A stretch of DNA of 64,000 nucleotides from Takakia lepidozioides (lineage: Eukaryota; Plantae; Bryophyta). A program made the translations under genes and the position numbers. Within the stretch, counting starts at the first letter, position 1, and the number at the start of each line of letters is the position of its first letter. The stretch lies in the NCBI GenBank assembly GCA_030704615.1, contig CM060732.1, forward strand, positions 32,426,001 to 32,490,000. Reading direction: 5' to 3'. The notes beneath the pieces are model-generated. The model had not been told where the DNA came from and searched no databases. It worked only from the letters and a program-made list of their open reading frames with translations. Below are positions 35,059-49,499 of the stretch, piece after piece.

Positions 35059-36859
35059 ATAGTGGGTGTCTCTCTCAGGCACCCCTTAGCTTTAGTCTCT
35101 GCTGCTCATCTTTTCAGCCTGGACCTCTTTCATTTCGTGTAATGCTTGTTGGGCTGGCTTGGCTGGTTTGGTGGCTGGCTGACTAAACTGGCCTGGCGGG
35201 TTTGGCTGGCTGGCTGGCTAGCTTGGCAGGCTGCCTGGTTTGGCTGGCTGGCTTGGCTGGCTTCTTCTCAATTGCTTTGACCTCCTGATACCAATGGTTC
35301 ATGACTCTTCTTAACGATCAGAGATGCTTTGCAGAAAGTTCCATCTTCTGAGGACTTCTAGTGTAATTCAGCTCTGTTTTTTCTAGGTGGTTTCCATCTT
35401 CCTCTTGGCTTCGTATTCTCAGGCAGTCTTTGAATGCTCGCTGTTGCAATGGACAGTAAATTCTGCTTGGTCAGAGCTTACCCCTTGGGGGTTTGGACTG
35501 GGTGTTACCCAATCACTTTGTGATGAAAGCCTTATGGCCTCCTATCATGGTTATTTTTTCCATGATTTCTCTTAATATGAATTAAAGGGCTTCTTCCCCT
35601 TTAATTTTTTTTTTAAAAAAAAAATAGTATGCTTGAGCGTTTTGAAAAGTACCATAAAGTGGTGAAAAAAGGTTGGTGGGGCATACCTTGTCACAAACTC
35701 CTGAAGAGGATAACATACTCAATGCAAATTATTATAACATTTTTTTTAAATAAAAAATGGTGGGCCACCCCCAAAAGTGCACATACCTGCCTGTCTTGAG
35801 CTCTATCTTGCTACCCTGAATCATCCAGAAGTTTGAACCTTACAAATATGTGGAGCATCTCTGTTTATGTCGAAATGCAGTAGGGAACAATATTTTCCCC
35901 ATCTGCAGAACCTTTGTGTAGTCTGGACGAGCAAGGAGTGGCCTTTGTAAGTTGGATAATATACATGGAATTCTACACCTTTGTTGGCGACTGTGCATCA
36001 CGTTGAAGTCAATGGAGAAAAAATGGTCAACTAACCTTAGAGCACCTTAGAGCCTGTCAAGACTGTTATTGGTTTACAATGTATGTTACATGTGATGAAC
36101 TATGTTTACACCATGTCAAGACCGTCATTGGTCTAAATGATCAACTAACTTTCCACTGTGTAAAGACTGGGATTGGCCTAAGAAATCTTAAATCTAAATT
36201 ATTTCGTAAACATGCCAAAATCCCTATTAGTTTAAAAGTTTGTACAAGTAGAAGCTAATTTTATGCTATGTTAATTGCGCTTTTGTTATTAACTCATGCA
36301 AAAGCTTCAAGTGTTCAATCATATTATCAATTCAAATTATTGATAAACAAATAAAAATACATATACTATTTCATGTAATATATAGAACGGATATAAATAT
36401 ATTATAAGTAAATTAAAACAAAAAACTGGTTCGAAAATTGCAGATGCGTGTACAGCCCCCGCCCTCGATGGTTTAAGCCCACGGCCAAGCTTATAAGCCG
36501 CGTAGACTTAAGGAGTCTTATGGGGGCATCCGAAATGCCTCGACAACATGCCCGATAGGAGGCCACCAAAGACATGATGGGCAAGGTAGCCGTGTCCCCA
36601 ATGGGTGCCATACGTACTTTTTACGCTACCCTTTCGGCTCCTTCTCCTGTTCGAACAAACCTAGATTCTGGGGGTTTTTCTCATTAAGGAAGAAAATTGA
36701 GGCAGGTACTAGAAAGAAAAGAAATGCTAAACATGTACCCAGAGATCCTCTAATCAGAGTCTGAGAATAAAGCGTCACCTCCTACATCTTTCAACCCAAG
36801 CCTTCCCAAGGGCAAGCAGAAGTACTGACCCGCCAACAATCCCGGGATAACGTGAAATG

Positions 36860-36995
36860 CCCAAGCCGTGCCGTGCCAAGGAGGTCCACCATGCATCCAT
36901 AATGCTCCACTGTTGTCATGAGGGCATGATCTCCGCTCATGGAATCAAAGTAATGACAACCTTCATATAGTAGGCCAATGTGGCTCATGCAAAGA
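36860..36995 (-). pseudogene. PLS-class PPR fragment (L2/S2 region)
   Basis: CMSHIGLLYEGCHYFDSMSGDHALMTTVEHYGCMVDLLG. Confidence 0.85.
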
Positions 36996-37416
36996 GAACG
37001 GATTATATGTTCAAAAAATAATGTGACAGTGTGGTAACACATCAATGGTATCTTCAAAAATAATGTAGCCGATCCAAAGTTTACGAGTAAATTTTGGAGG
37101 GCACTTTGGAAGAAGATAGGGACGAGGCTGAAGATTATATACATATGTATCACCCTACTTCATCTTTATGTAACTCATATGCATCTATATACCACCAAGG
37201 TTTGTTTGGAGATACATCTTTTAATGCAACTTTAGTTTAAACCATATTCAAAGTCATAGTTATAACATGTTTTTTGTTCACTAACGCAATTTCTAATTTA
37301 AAATTTGCTGCATCAACATCTTTACTTGATTTACTTGAATATCTGTCGATATTGCCCCTACTGGCAATGGTTGCAGCATATCCATGGCTTTTGGTCCTTG
37401 GATAGCTATGGTCCTC

Positions 37417-38068
37417 TTATAATATCATGTCCATTCTTTCCTTTCTATGGTGCAAAACATTTTGCATGTAGATAAGGTAAATGTCATCTACCTTGAGATC
37501 GTCAAAATTCGCAATCATGCGGTCTTCCTCTAATGCGCCCTTTGCGTTGAAGACCACAATTGATGTTGTTGTCTTTGGGTTGTATTTTGTGTATCCAGCC
37601 CAAGCATCCACCATATCCTCATGTAACCAATATGGCTTGATTCTCAATTTAGAATTGTTCGGAACATCCCTATAAACTAAATGAAATTCACTATCATCAG
37701 ATAAGCCTAATTTTTGCAATATGTTTTTCCCAGATAAAGATCCACTACCGATTCTACATTTTGCTACAACATAGTTTGCATCTTTTTTATTGTCTTTGTG
37801 CTATTTTGGCAAATTTTACTACATTAGTAAACTGCTCAATAGAATGGATAACTACGTTATCAACTACTGTACATTGCAACCAAGTTTTTGTATAAGGCTT
37901 TGAATCTATAGGCCATGGTGGATGTGTACACATATGACAACTTTGTTGCCCAATAGATTTGAAACATTCTACACATAACTTATGGCACTTCTCGCCATAG
38001 CTTATTCCGATTACAGTTGTAAGTTCGGAATTTGATTCAGACATTGTACGAAAAGTATTGTTCATCAA
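37417..38068 (-). pseudogene. degenerate unknown ORF with RING-like Cys pattern
   Basis: CHKLCVECF..SCHMC resembles the second half of a RING finger. Confidence 0.3.
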
Positions 38069-41000
38069 GGACTTCTAACAAGGAATAACATGTAAGATAA
38101 GAGTGTTTTCTTCAGTATCCGTGTACAGGATTACAACACCCTGCCATCCCTAATCTTCATACTTAAGTATGATTGTTTGAGTTCATTGGGGTACCTTCTA
38201 CTCAACAATTTCACAGTTGATCGTTTTCGTTTTCCCAAAGCTTCATGCTTATCCACATTTGCTTCAATAAGATCCATTGTCTTGTTCGTCTCTTGTCAAA
38301 ATGGCCACCGCAACTGTGGTTCCTTGCTTCACAGCAAACACTACACTCAAAACTATGTATGAATGATGTAAGACCTAAAACATAACACATATAATAGCTT
38401 CATCTATCAGCTCATCTAACTATCTAGACGTATGTTTGTTGATATAATCATTGGCAAGTGCGACCCTCATTGAGTATATAGTATACGATATGATCTAGGC
38501 GACATGTGTACTCTTTCTATAAATATTATGCTACATAATGTTCAAGTGTGCACTCAGCTCCAAAATGATATGAAAATATACAATGTATGTGGACCACATT
38601 TCTTAATATAGAGTCTTCATCTAGTCAACTCTAAATCCCTACCACCTTTATATAGCTATTGTTTTTAATTACATACCCCATTTATATTTAACACTATCAT
38701 GTACAACCTATTTTTAATGATATCTTCCTCTGAACATTCATTTGTTATATTTAGTGGTATATTTTAGCACAAGAACCATAAGCACGACCTATAATTAATG
38801 GTGCCTACCACCACTTCTGTCATAGATATTTTCCACTGCACCTATTCGTACATTTAAACTATAAATATCTACATATAAATAGTCTAAATATATATTTCAA
38901 AATCTCATCAAATTGCATCATTGATTAAGATAATTACACACACACACACATATACATATACATATTTAAACCATCATTGATAAATTAAACATATCATTAT
39001 TCATAGTAAACATCAATTGTCTTGTTGAAATTATTAACATACAAAATATAAATATTTTATTTTATTTTCATCATTTATCTCAAGTATATACCCAGGACGG
39101 TTCAACTCTAAACTTTGAGACCAACTTGAGTGATCTAAGTTTTGTACTGGTGTGCTGTACATACAAAACTAGTGAACTGACGTAACAAGTATAACATGAG
39201 TTCTTAATAAGTTATAACTACTTGAATTTAAGTCTCAAGAATTTAAGTCATACTCACCCATACATAACCTTTTGACTTAGAAATTTCTTGAAGCAAATAC
39301 AAAACAAATTTAAGTAGGTAAGTAGTTTCAAAGAGGAGTTTGACCCTGCGACCTATGTTGCACATCTTTGCAACTGCTCATACCACTACCTATCACAATT
39401 AGTAATGACGCCACTGTCATAGTAAGCCTAGGCACTCAAGTCCGTTTTAGTTATAACTTTGAATATATTACATGTCCAATTTAGTAAGAACTTGAGTTTA
39501 GCTTATGAACATGTGCAAGTAAACACATAGTACGTTTTATGGTGATAGGATTTTTACCCTCTGACCTATTTCCCGCAAACTAACATTCATCCCATTCTCC
39601 TACCTACTTCAATTTCATAAATGAATATGAAGTTAATTTCATTTTAAAGTGGGAAGCCTGCTTCAGATAGCGTTGCCTCACCACTTCAGATATTAGACTA
39701 GGGGGGCACTAAAGTCATTGGGCAACGGGCCAAGTCTACACATAGGCCTGTAGAACAAAGACACATTTTATTGTGGCCCATTTTATTATTGCCAAGTATA
39801 GAGTGTCAATTATGGCAATGAGCAGCTGAGGTAAACACGTAAATGGCTCTAGTGGGGAGCTCAGGTGAAAACATGAGCGGCTCAGGTGAACACATAAGCC
39901 CAATGAGGTGGAAAACCGAATGGCTCACAATGGCAGCTCAGGTGAACACCTGAACCTGAGCAGGTTGGCGTGCGAACCGGAGTGGCTCGGGTGAACGTCC
40001 CAGCCATTCAAGCAGCGACACTGCCATGTGAGCAACCTGTTTGCTCACGTAAGTGTACTCACACACCTATGATTTAATGGTATGGATAGTAGGGAATGGT
40101 TTAGTCGGCTGTCGTAGGGGCATGTTACCACGGACACATATACAAAGAAGGGCCTATAGGTGCAGGACCGTAGGCGGTTGAACAGTTTACAAAAATGAGA
40201 ATGTCATATTATCCAGCCGTGCATGTTGCACCAGATTACTTTACTTTTTTGTTTTTGTTTTTTTCATTGTTTGTTCTTCATTTGGTTCATTGGTGGAATT
40301 GTGCGTTGGACATGTGCGCCACCCCAAAACGCCAATGCACATTTGTTTCGTAGTGTTTTATTATTTTCTTATCTCTACTTTTAACAGGGGCTGAAAAAAA
40401 GCTGTGGTTGAACGCATACTTGCTTTGCAACAGCCCAACCAAAAAAAAAAAAAAAACAGGGGTTGAAAAATAACTATGCGTCAACATACACTTCTGTTGC
40501 AGCAACCCAATATCTCTCCTATCGTTTTACATCCATGAATTATTTGTTATAGATTTCTTTTGTACTGTGAATTCATGAGGTGAAATTTTCTTGTCAAAAG
40601 ATTTTGTTTCAAAGTTGTTGGATGGAATCCGTGGGGTACAACAATTATGTAGCATCCATCCATTTTGCCCTAGAATGTCGGGACTTGTGCAGGCGACGGG
40701 CTGAAGGCAAGCAGGCTCGAGGGTTTTCCACGAGCTGGATATGGTTGTCTCTTAATAACTCCACTTGAGCATAGAAATATGACGGCTAGAGTTTAAGATT
40801 TCCGTTGTATTAATGGTGGAAGCTCCCGCCATGGGAGCTAGCACTGTTTTGGGGCAGTGTGGCCAAATGTTGTGACAGGAGAAAAATGGCAATACGAAGG
40901 GAATGGAGAGACGACAATGGGAATTTAAGCCAAGAATAGAGAGTAGATGAGGGTTTTTTTGCTGATAGAAGATGAAAGGGAAAGTAAGCTGAGAGAAAAA

Positions 41001-41949
41001 AAAAAAAATGGAACAGATGGTTCTAGGTGCTTAAGTTGATTCCAGAAGAGACTATGTCTGACTCGGTTATTCACCTTCTTTGGGGTTAATTTTACCTGGA
41101 GTATATTGACACATGGATAACTGACTCCCGAACTCATTAGTTTCTGATGTGTATAATCCATTTCGGGATGTAGGATTTGTGGTTTGGGTCTAGTTTTCTT
41201 AGCTCTAGGAATTATCTGTCACCTATGAACTACTCTTTTCATTTGGCATTGCATAATAGAGTTCAATATCTTAAAGCATTTCTCTGTGATGGTTACGCAG
41301 CGCTAAGTCTTCTTATTGTGGGACCTTGTCTTTCTATAAGGATGAATAATTCAGTGACATAAGTTATAGAAGCATAATCTAGAGTATTTGGTCCATGTTA
41401 ATAGTAAGAGAAAAATGTTGGGGTTGGGGAGAGACCATGAGGTCATGAGCTTTAGGCCAGATAGACATCCACCATATAAAGGAATTCATGAAAGTGATGG
41501 AGGATATTCATGTGGTGCTTGCATCTGACGACTAATCATGGGCAGCCTTTTCCCGGGTGGTTCTTTTGAAGAATATTCCAGGTCGAAGCTGTATTATGCA
41601 ATCATGAATGAAGACTTTGCATCACGAAATGGTGTCACTAAGAATCATGTCTATGTTTTCATCTTCCGCTACAGCATCGTAGGATTGTATAAGAATCTCT
41701 GATCATGAACACTAAGTCATGGCCGGTAGGATTTATGAGCCTTGTTTTCACACCACACCTTCCCCCAATGGGTCTTGTCTGTTTTTCCATATACTCGGGA
41801 ATATGGTCATACGGTTCAGATACCATCCACGGTTATAGGTTATTTTTTATTATTCTTGAATCATCTTCCAGCTGAAGCACCACAAATCATGTTTTGCTAT
41901 AGGCTCACCGCTCGCAGGCTCACGCGAGCTTGCTCACCAAATAGCATTC

Positions 41950-43010
41950 ATGCCATTCAAGTGGGCAGATGAAGTGATCACCCGAGCGGCTGTCTAAATA
42001 CCTTACTAAATCTCACACATATTCATATTTCATTGAGTCTTTTTTTTTAAATGATTTTGGTTTTGACTTTCATTTCATTCCCAGCCTTTTTAATGAAATT
42101 TATGGTGTAAATTAAATAGTAAATTTTACTTAAAGTTCCAACATTGAATATCTCTCACGACTTACACTGCGTTTGAGCCTTATGGTGGTCATCTGCCTAT
42201 AACGACCCGAGCCGTTCAAGTGGGCAGCTGAGATGATCACCCGAGTGGTTGATTATAAAATTTAAATACCTTACTAAATCTCACACTTATTCATATTTCA
42301 TTGAAAAAAAAAATTGTAAATGATTTTGATTTTTACTTTCATTTCATTACCATTTTTATAATGAAATTTATGGTATAAATTGAATAGAAAATTTTACTTA
42401 AAGTTCCAACATTGAATATCTCTCACGGCTTACAGTGTGTTTGGGCCTTACGGTGGTCATCTGCCTATAACGACCCGAGCCGTTCAAGTGGGCAGTTGAG
42501 GTGATCACATGAGCGGCTGATTAAAAATATAAATACCTTAATAATTCTCACACCTTATTCATATTTCATCGAAAGAAAAAAAATTGAAAATTTTGATTTT
42601 GGTTCTGATTTCATTTCGTTCTCAGCTTTTTTAATGAAATTTATGGTGTAAATCAAATAGTGAATTTTACTTAAAGTTCCCACATTGAATATCTCTCACG
42701 GCTTACAGTGCGTTTGGGCCTTATGGTGGCTATCTGCCTATAACGACCCAAACCGTTCAAGTGGGCAGCTGAGGTGATCACCCGAGCGGCTGATTATAAA
42801 ATTTAAATATTTTACTAAAATTCAGACATACTCATACTTCTATTTCATTGAAATTTTAAAAAAATGGTTTTGGTTTTAAATTTCATTTCCTTCTCAGATT
42901 TTTTGATGAGATTTATGATGTAAATAAAATAGTGAATTTCACTTAAAGTTCTAACATTGAATAATCTTTCTCGTGGTATCCTCCTAAGTTACCCTACGTT
43001 TGGGCCTTAT
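41950..43010. repeat. tandem array of 4 x ~260-273-bp units
   Basis: CC(A/G)TTCAAGTGGGCAG..GATCAC recurs at ~41953, 42212, 42480, 42753. Confidence 0.9.
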
Positions 43011-46000
43011 GCGGATAATGTGTCTATAACAGTTCTAATATTTTTTTTTTAAATAATTCTGATAAAATCCTCTAGGGCCACTATCATGAGTTTTAGTACA
43101 AAAGAAAAAAAAAATCATTTTTTCTCTGTTATTATTAAAACTTATTTTTTTAATAACTTATGTTCAGTATTTAATGTGTATAATGTTGAATTTTTTATTT
43201 TCTACTTACTTCAAGATTTTTATTTTACATACAACTTGCACATAAATGCACCGATTTTCATTAATGACATATCTTGTTTGAAAGATATTGTTACATTCTG
43301 TGGTTTAAGGTACTCATTTTCATTTTTTAGCAATATAGTTTCACATTGCTCTTAGACTGCGATTTCCAAGTTTGCTATTGTTAGATGCTGATACACCTCA
43401 ATTTTGTGGTTAAATGGGTTCGAATCCTTCTCCATCCGTGAGTAGGATAATTAGTTAACAGTTTTTTAAATAATTTAATTTATTTTATTTAACAAATGGT
43501 GTAACTATTACGGATTTTAACGTTGTATAAATATTTTGCACACATCACATAGTGTGCGTGAAAAAAAAGAATTCGTCATCTGTGTTTTACATGGTGAAGA
43601 ACACTAAGTGGATTTAAACAGTTGATACAACTCAACTCAGCTTCCATAGCTTCTATTTTGAATGTGTGTTTCTGCAATATAAACTGTCAATATTTCATGT
43701 AGGATTACTTTTGGTGCTTCTTCTTCTACTGCAATTGTGCCTACATGTGAGGGACCATTAGTGACTGCAAATGATATTGATGAGTGTCCTCGTGGTGTAG
43801 CTTTTGAGGGAAAAAATTATCTCGATATGGTACTTTTGAAAAGAAAACTACAACCTCAAAATCAATAGGTGCTGGAAATTTGTACCTTCACTGTAGACAG
43901 ATTAGAATATACGACTGTCACCTTGACTATATCTTCTGCTTTCACTACTCAACATGGAAAAAAACTGTTGAGATGTTCATATGTCAGAATTTGAAAACTT
44001 TGGCATTCGTCGAAAGTCAGATAAAGGCTTTAAAAAATGTGACTATTGTGTTACGTGTTGAGTCCACTACAGAACTGAAATGTATTACAATATTTCAACC
44101 CGATTTGATTCCTAAGTTTTTTCACACTGATACATTCAAAGAACTTCGTGCTCAAACCCATGAGGCTTGGACATGCTCTAACCATGCATTTTTTATGGAC
44201 CTGCCAAGACCCTAACCCTCCTTGCAAGTGCAAAGCCTACATCTTCGAGCATTGCAATTTCATGGTTACTGAGATTTGTCTCCATCTTCACAGGCCAAAT
44301 GCTTGGTGGAGATGGCTTCATGATCACTGAAACTCGCATAGTCCCATGCATACACCTCGTACAATCTTCGACGTAGAATCAAAATTTGTGATTCTTTGAC
44401 TCCTCTTGACCAAATGGCCGAAAGAAGCCACTGAAAGTTGAAGCAGGTGTCTGAATACCCCCTCTCGATATGAATGATTTGCACTTCTCAAATGTTCTAG
44501 TGTCACTCTGGCTTCCTTCACTCTCTATTTACATGCACTCTTGATATTCAAAACACATCTATATATTTGTCTCAAACCACAACGATAAGACTCTCAAGCA
44601 CTCGACACCATCGTTGAAAAGTAGCATACTTACTTTCTTCGTGTAAAGAGATAGCGTTTTTTGCTCTGAGCAACATTACATAGTTCGTGACACCTCAGCG
44701 TCGAAGAGAGACTAAAACAATTCATAATCCAGCATGCTCTCATCCCACTACTCTATCTCCACACTCTTTATATGCTTCCCGGCCTCGGCCCGTCATGGGC
44801 ATGCACTGGCAGGGGCCGCTTCCGTGGTGATGGCATCACGACCTTTCACGACCACGATTTGGCCGCGACATTCATCCGAGATACTCAGAGAGGTCACTTC
44901 CTATCTAGTTTCTCATGCACGTGATACAAACAGACATTTTTTATGGGGGTATTAATTTTATTTTCTGAATTTTTGGCCACCATATTATTATATAATTCTG
45001 TAATGTGGCATATTTTCTTGCAGGCTATATTATTTATATTTTATAGCATGTACTATATTAACCTGAAATTAAAAATTAAAAAATTACGGGGTAATAAAAA
45101 AATTTATATGCTGCAAACAAATTCATCCAAAGTAGATGCATCAGCATCATTTAAAGTATAAAGGTTCTAAGCAAAATCAAATCTCATACTAACTGAACTA
45201 ATAATTGAATATAGGTCTATCCACTTGCTGTCAGTTACATCATATTTGAATTTCAGGTGCCCTCTAGATTTTGAGAAGTAATTAAGAAGCACCATGATTG
45301 TTGCACTGCATGTTCTGAATTGCGTGTCACTGAACGACACGTGTCTTTTTAATTTATCTCCACCATATATTAATTTTAATTTTTTTCGAACACATCTTTA
45401 TTTTGGACCCTATTTTAATTTAAATGTGGTGTCACCAATATATTAGTACCCTATAGTATTTCTAAATGTATTCTAAATTTTATTTTCTCAGACTTTTCGG
45501 CACCTTATATTTTTTTGCACGTGAAGTGGTAATATTTGGAAGTGACCTCCCCTTGCCGAGATACCCCGCGGTATTACACGCCACGACCCCTCACGAGCAC
45601 GAACTGTCCACGACCACAGTTCCCATGCGTTTCCAGAGAGTTCCTACGCGTTATCACGCTTTCTCATATAGTTCCTACGCATTCCCAAGCGATTCCGAGC
45701 TGGGGCTTGCGGCACGTCACGGTTAATTTACGAAATCAGTGCTGCCATCTTGTGGTGCCGTTATGCTAGTTCAGAGTTTTTTTCAAAACCCTCATCTTAT
45801 CCGTATTTCATTGCCTCAGGATGGTTGGGTGTTATCCTCATTTTTCTCTTTAGTTTAAAAACATCTCATCAGAATAAACATCATACATGCAGCCACTAGT
45901 TAACTGCCACATGTTTTGTAGGATGAAAGTTTTACCTACATTTTTATCAATCCTCACACTATTTGCTCATTTCATCCATAATTTATTTAAGTGTTTATCC

Positions 46001-46254
46001 TAAAGACCTGCCCACATCAAAAATAATGAAATTCATTAAACTACTGGTACCCAGAGTTTATCCCCCAATCTGACGTTTATCCGTCAATCCATTCATCCAT
46101 ATCTTGCTCATTGTTTCATTCATTTATGTTTACGTTAAACTCAATCGTCATCCCTAAACACAACAATGCTTACGGATTTTTATGCCACACCGGAATGACA
46201 AAACTGTCAAACTTAAAATGAAGACATATAATCATTGTTTTTTAAAAGATAAGA

Positions 46255-46565
46255 AATATACAACTGCCAATATTGGTGGTTGTACGTATTTAATTTATTT
46301 TTTTAAGAAACTGAAAAAATGTGAGTGTCAATATTGGTGGTCATCCGCATTCAAAAAAATGAAAAAGTATGTGACCGCCAATATTGGCGGTTACAGACAT
46401 TTTTAAACATGCGATCATCAATATTGGTGGTCGCACGTATTAATTTGTTTTTTTAAAAACATGTGACCGCAAGTTTAAAAAGTGTTGCGATCACCGATGT
46501 TGACAGTTGTAGACATTTAAAAATAAAAACAAACAAATAAACCGTCAATATTGACGGTCGGAGTA
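46255..46565. repeat. array of imperfect palindromes (TGACCGCCAATATTGGCGGTCA-like)
   Basis: About 6 copies separated by A/T-rich spacers; related motifs at 48570-48860. Confidence 0.75.
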
Positions 46566-46769
46566 GTTTACAGAAAAAATCATTCTGAAATCACCACCGT
46601 GTCTTCGACAATGCGACATGGCAGATGAGGTGATAATTTTTAACCATAACATATTTTTCACTGATATTTGGATAAATATCGATGTGATGCGAGTCGCGTT
46701 AGCGTTAGGTCTAACGTGACTTGACGTGACGTGACGGACGTGACATGTACAACCCTACCTGAGACTCTG

Positions 46770-47290
46770 CCGACACTCACGATGCCCCCCGAGAATGTCT
46801 TCATGTGTATGTATGAAGTTGAGGTTCTTGACAACGAGGGTAAGAGCGTCATCTACTACGATAGTCTATTTGTCAAAAATTCTTGCGTCCGAACTATTCT
46901 GCTTTTGGGTACCAACACGGGGCTTAATAAGAACGTTGTCATGCATGACCAGCTCCATGATGCACAAACCACGTGACTTTATTGGCGAAGTTGATAAAGT
47001 CGAATGTGGTATCAAGATAGGGCTTATAGATATATAGTATTTCGAAATTGTCACCGTGGTCATATGTCTATGTGATAAAATGCATAGCTAGTTTTGTGCC
47101 AACAGTACCGGCATGTAAGACTTCATCCGTAAAGTAGAAAGATAGTCGGTATGATGAGACAAGTAGATCGAATGTCTCATCCACTTTGCCTTGAAACCTG
47201 ACTCCTAGCTCCATTTCGAGAACAAACGGCCTGTCTCCACGGAGCAAGGCCAGTTTGTTGACCTCTGGGTGCTTGAGCTCCAGGCGCATG
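46770..47290 (-). pseudogene. RRM-like retroelement-associated ORF fragment, paralogue of 52700-55257
   Basis: RGDRPFVLE..GKV..FDL..RLSF and DDALTLVVKNLNFIHTHEDI align with KSFE..RLSL and REALTLIVRQLRITETQDEI. Confidence 0.55.
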
Positions 47291-48264
47291 ACAGAACTAG
47301 GGTTGCTTTGAGACTGACATCGCGTAGATGAGGAATTGTAGATATTCTCATGATGTACTTTGTTTATATTCGATTAACCGATTGATGTAAATATTTCTTT
47401 TTATTGCTCAACTTTTGCGATTTTGCATATGTGAACTGGACATACTTAAGCACATGTGGACCAAAGATGAGTTTGAACCAAGTTCATTCAATGGGTTATT
47501 CATGTGATGAACACAACTACGTGCCATAGAGACAGGAAACAACGTTTCACCTACACATGATTTTTCTTTTTAAATTTTATTCTCAAGCCATATGCTAAAT
47601 GACAGCATGTGCAATGTGCATGCAAAATTTGACAGTGAACAGACGTCATCTGCACCCATAATCATATTTTTTCCCCTCATTTGCACTCCAAAGTTGAGTT
47701 CTCTTCAATTTCATATACTCTTTATGGAGAATTTTGCAAGAGTGAACGAAGAAAACACATTTTTAACAAACACTGTTTTTTGATCAAATATTTTACATGG
47801 ATATAGTGGTGTCGGGGTTGAATTCACAGAACAAAATAGAGCCAAAAATAAAATCATTACGTAGCAAAAAATCGCAATCCTCTAGATATTTTATATCCAA
47901 ATATTTATTTAAAAAAATCATTTAATTTTTATTTAATTCAAAAGGTGAGTGAGTCGTAGGAGAGGTTTTTTTTTTGTTTTTTTCATGTGTTGCATACATA
48001 TTCAAGCACATGCATGTAAAAAGTGAGCTTGAACCACATCCATTCAATGGGTTCAATAGTCATTCACCCATGAGAGGATTTTATTTCACATTGCACAAAT
48101 TGGTTGACAGGGTAAACGCGTCATTGGAGGGGCAAATGGTTTTGTTTTGTTTTGAAACATTGAATACGTGTTCACACATATTGCAGCACATGCGGGCCAA
48201 GTATGATTTGAAACCATTTACCTAGTGTTACTGTACTAATGTTCTCAAATAATATCTTCATAGG

Positions 48265-49365
48265 CTAGTTGCACACTTCACGTCGCGTCGTGTCACGTCA
48301 GAACTGACGGTAATGCAACGTACATCACGTCTATTTTTCTATAATAAAATTATATATAAATGAGGATGAATTGCGATGCCGTAATTAGGGTGAACAGTCC
48401 ATACATGACAACGGAAAACATATGTGTTAGATGGAGTTTCGCAACGTAATAGTGATGAATACATCAGCAGCCATATAAACAATATCGCAGCTAATTGAGA
48501 ATTAAAATAATAACTTCGACTGCCATATATCCATAGTTTAATCTCATTAAAAATATAAAAAAATACGTACGATTTGGCAGTCCAGGATAATTTTTTTAAT
48601 TTAAAAATATATACGAACGCTAAAATCTAGAGGTCGTAGTGTTTTTTTTTTTAAAAAAAAATACATGCTACTGCCAAAATTCGATGGTTGTATATAATTT
48701 GCGTTAAAAAAGTGCATGTGACCGCCCAAATTCGGCAGTAGCATGTAAATATTCTTAAAAAAATAATTACGACCGCCAAAACTCAACGGTTGCATGGAAT
48801 TTATTTATTTTTAAATTAGTATGATCATCAATTAGTGCGATCGCCAATTATGGCCATGATATTTATTTTGCTACCGACAGACAACGTCGACTGCTAGGCG
48901 ACTGTCTGACGACGGACGATCGTGGCTATGCAATTTTATTTTTAATGACCGGCTAACCGCTGGGCAACGGCAACGGTCAACCCACCATCGCCCCGTGGTA
49001 GCCCCACCTTCACCGTGCTTACTCCAACGAACGTGACGACCCATTATATTTACTAATATTTTTTAATTGATTTTTTTTTCATACGTGTAATTTCCATGGG
49101 ACGTGGATATTTACGTGTGACACTTTTCACTTTCCTAGAGACTAAATTACCAACACCTAAAATTGACGTTACGTAGGCCGCGTCAGCGTCAAGTCTTACG
49201 TGACCATACGTCATTGACGTAGATAACTTATATGATAACACTCGATGTTATGTGGCTGCTGATGTGGCGTTTTTTCAAAATCTCTCATATATATTTATTT
49301 ATTATAAAAAGCAACGTGACGTTAGTGTTAGTTTTAATGCGACGCGACGTAATGTGTGCAACTAG
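48265..49365. mobile_element. ~1.1-kb MITE-like element
   Basis: ~26-bp TIR CTAGTTGCACAC.T.ACGTCGCGTCG at both ends. TSD ambiguous (TA or CTAG). Internal palindromic motifs. Confidence 0.75.
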
Positions 49366-49499
49366 AAACGAGGATCCAGATGTTCAATTGTAGTGTGAAT
49401 ATGGGGAGAGATTTTTGGCCAATACACTAAAATTATATGGTGGATGCAAATGGAGAATACTTGAGCAAGTGGACATGTGTTAAGGTCTGTACTGCGCTC

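Larger units (their letters stand above)
33160..35624 (+). mobile_element. LINE-C: internally deleted LINE (ORF1 start joined to zf-RVT end, 3'UTR with (GGCT)n-like tract, A/T-rich tail); 5' boundary approximate
   Basis: After removing 33884-34470, reads CQILPNPSTSGLFHPLDACTIC..ESIEHCLVSC..WHIWKSRC; ORF2 stop at 34974-34976; no APE or RT present. Confidence 0.8.

Noticed and set aside
43700-44520. Coding-like fragments
   Set aside because: No recognisable motif; cannot be assigned without a search.
46255-46565. CRISPR-like palindromic repeat/spacer array
   Set aside because: Repeats are degenerate, spacers are related A/T tracts, and the context is eukaryotic transposon DNA.
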